The notes under the pieces: model-generated
Database searches by the model: none
What the model saw: the letters and a program-made list of their open reading frames with translations, nothing else
What the model was told of the DNA's origin: nothing
Position numbers and translations under genes: made by a program
Shown: positions 63,101 through 64,000 of the stretch, piece by piece
Numbering within the stretch: the stretch's first letter is position 1
Layout: every line of letters starts with the position of its first letter
DNA from: Chara braunii
Taxonomy: Eukaryota > Plantae > Charophyceae
DNA length: 64,000 nucleotides
NCBI GenBank assembly: GCA_003427395.1
Contig: BFEA01000034.1
Coordinates: forward strand, 1,269,927 to 1,333,926
Direction: 5' to 3'

Positions 63101-64000
63101 TGTTGACTGCTGCAATGAGGACAGCCGTGTGTTCGACCCCGACGCCTCACCCTCTGCCGCCTCCAAAGCATTGTCCTTGTGCAAATCCCCTGCATCACAT
63201 GGAGGAGCAGCCCTGCCCGCAGTGGGCGGTGGCTGTGGCTCAAGGTATGAGGGAACTTCAACCACCTCGTCGGCCTTCTCCGTCTGATCGACCCCCCCTT
63301 CCGGAATCCCATGCAGCTGCCTGTAATTCTTCAGCAAGTACCGCGTATTCTTATCACCCGGCAGCACTTTCCCCCCGGAGTTGACGAGCTCATTCACCAT
63401 TTCCCCCGCGCGCGACGGACACGGCTTCTGCGTCTTCAGGTAATGTTCCACCGCTCTTGAGCTCGTGCCCCTCCAAATCTGCATGCACAACCGACACCTC
63501 ACCCAATACTCGCTTCCTGACCCTGTTCTGCGTACTTCCACACAGGCTTCTCCTTTTGCAACTTGTACTGCCTCGCCTTGTCCTGTGGAACGAACAGCAA
63601 AGGGTCCATTGCCAGCGTGGGGTCTTTGGAGGTCACTGTGGATATGGGTGTAGCGGAGGTGCTTGCAACGTTTTCTTTTCCTTTTTCTGCTGCCGTTTTG
63701 CGCCTCCTCCGTCCAGAACCGCCACTCCCCCCTCCAATGTCGCTGGCACCGCCCGCCATAGTGTCGTGGAAGTAGAGGATGCAAGGACAACCAGCGAAGG
63801 AAAAACCAAGTTCAAATATTGGAAGAAGAAGAAGAAGAAGAAGACTTAGCGAGGAGGAGAAAGGAGCAGGAGAAGCTGGCGAGAAAAGGAGGAGGAGGAG
63901 AGAAGAAGACGACGGGAGGGGGAGGAGGAGAGAGAGGAGGAGGAGGAGGAGAACCTGCCGATTTTGAGTTGCGTTGACGAAAAAAAAAAAAAAAAAAGAT
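59720..64000 (-). mobile_element. hAT DNA transposon, other end outside the window
   Basis: Transposase plus GC-rich subterminal-like CCAGACG motifs at 59730-59810. The TIR cannot be verified. Confidence 0.6.
60262..63759 (-). pseudogene. hAT-superfamily transposase (BED finger, DUF659-type core, dimerisation domain, acidic tail)
   Basis: VWKY...CRLC...H...C, FITDG, ICTDNA, CAAHC, RPTEVRF, PSEWW and ASPAERNW, with stops and frameshifts. Confidence 0.9.

Overview
This is repeat-dominated nuclear DNA from a green plant lineage; a streptophyte alga such as Chara is my inference from the plastid insert and repeat style. I found no intact host gene. Ordinary content: a truncated L1-type LINE, three decayed Ty3/Gypsy gag-pol regions and a decayed hAT transposase. 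The main unexplained structure is one LTR family with TGTCG...CA termini, a tRNA-Asp PBS and 4-bp CpG-containing target duplications. It occurs four times, with conserved ends but different middles: a 6.0-kb solo LTR (19284-25303) carrying an unknown, apparently spliced ORF; a ~10.5-kb solo-LTR-like unit (30450-40943) carrying a sense/antisense mosaic of 25S rRNA fragments and an 18-unit array of covarying RNA hairpins; and the two LTRs of a gag-only element (45658-56997). Also present are a mosaic plastid insertion (rpoB, trnH, 16S, 23S) inside an integrase and tandem type III hammerhead ribozymes at 193-bp spacing (58760-59012). All alignments and folds were done by eye.
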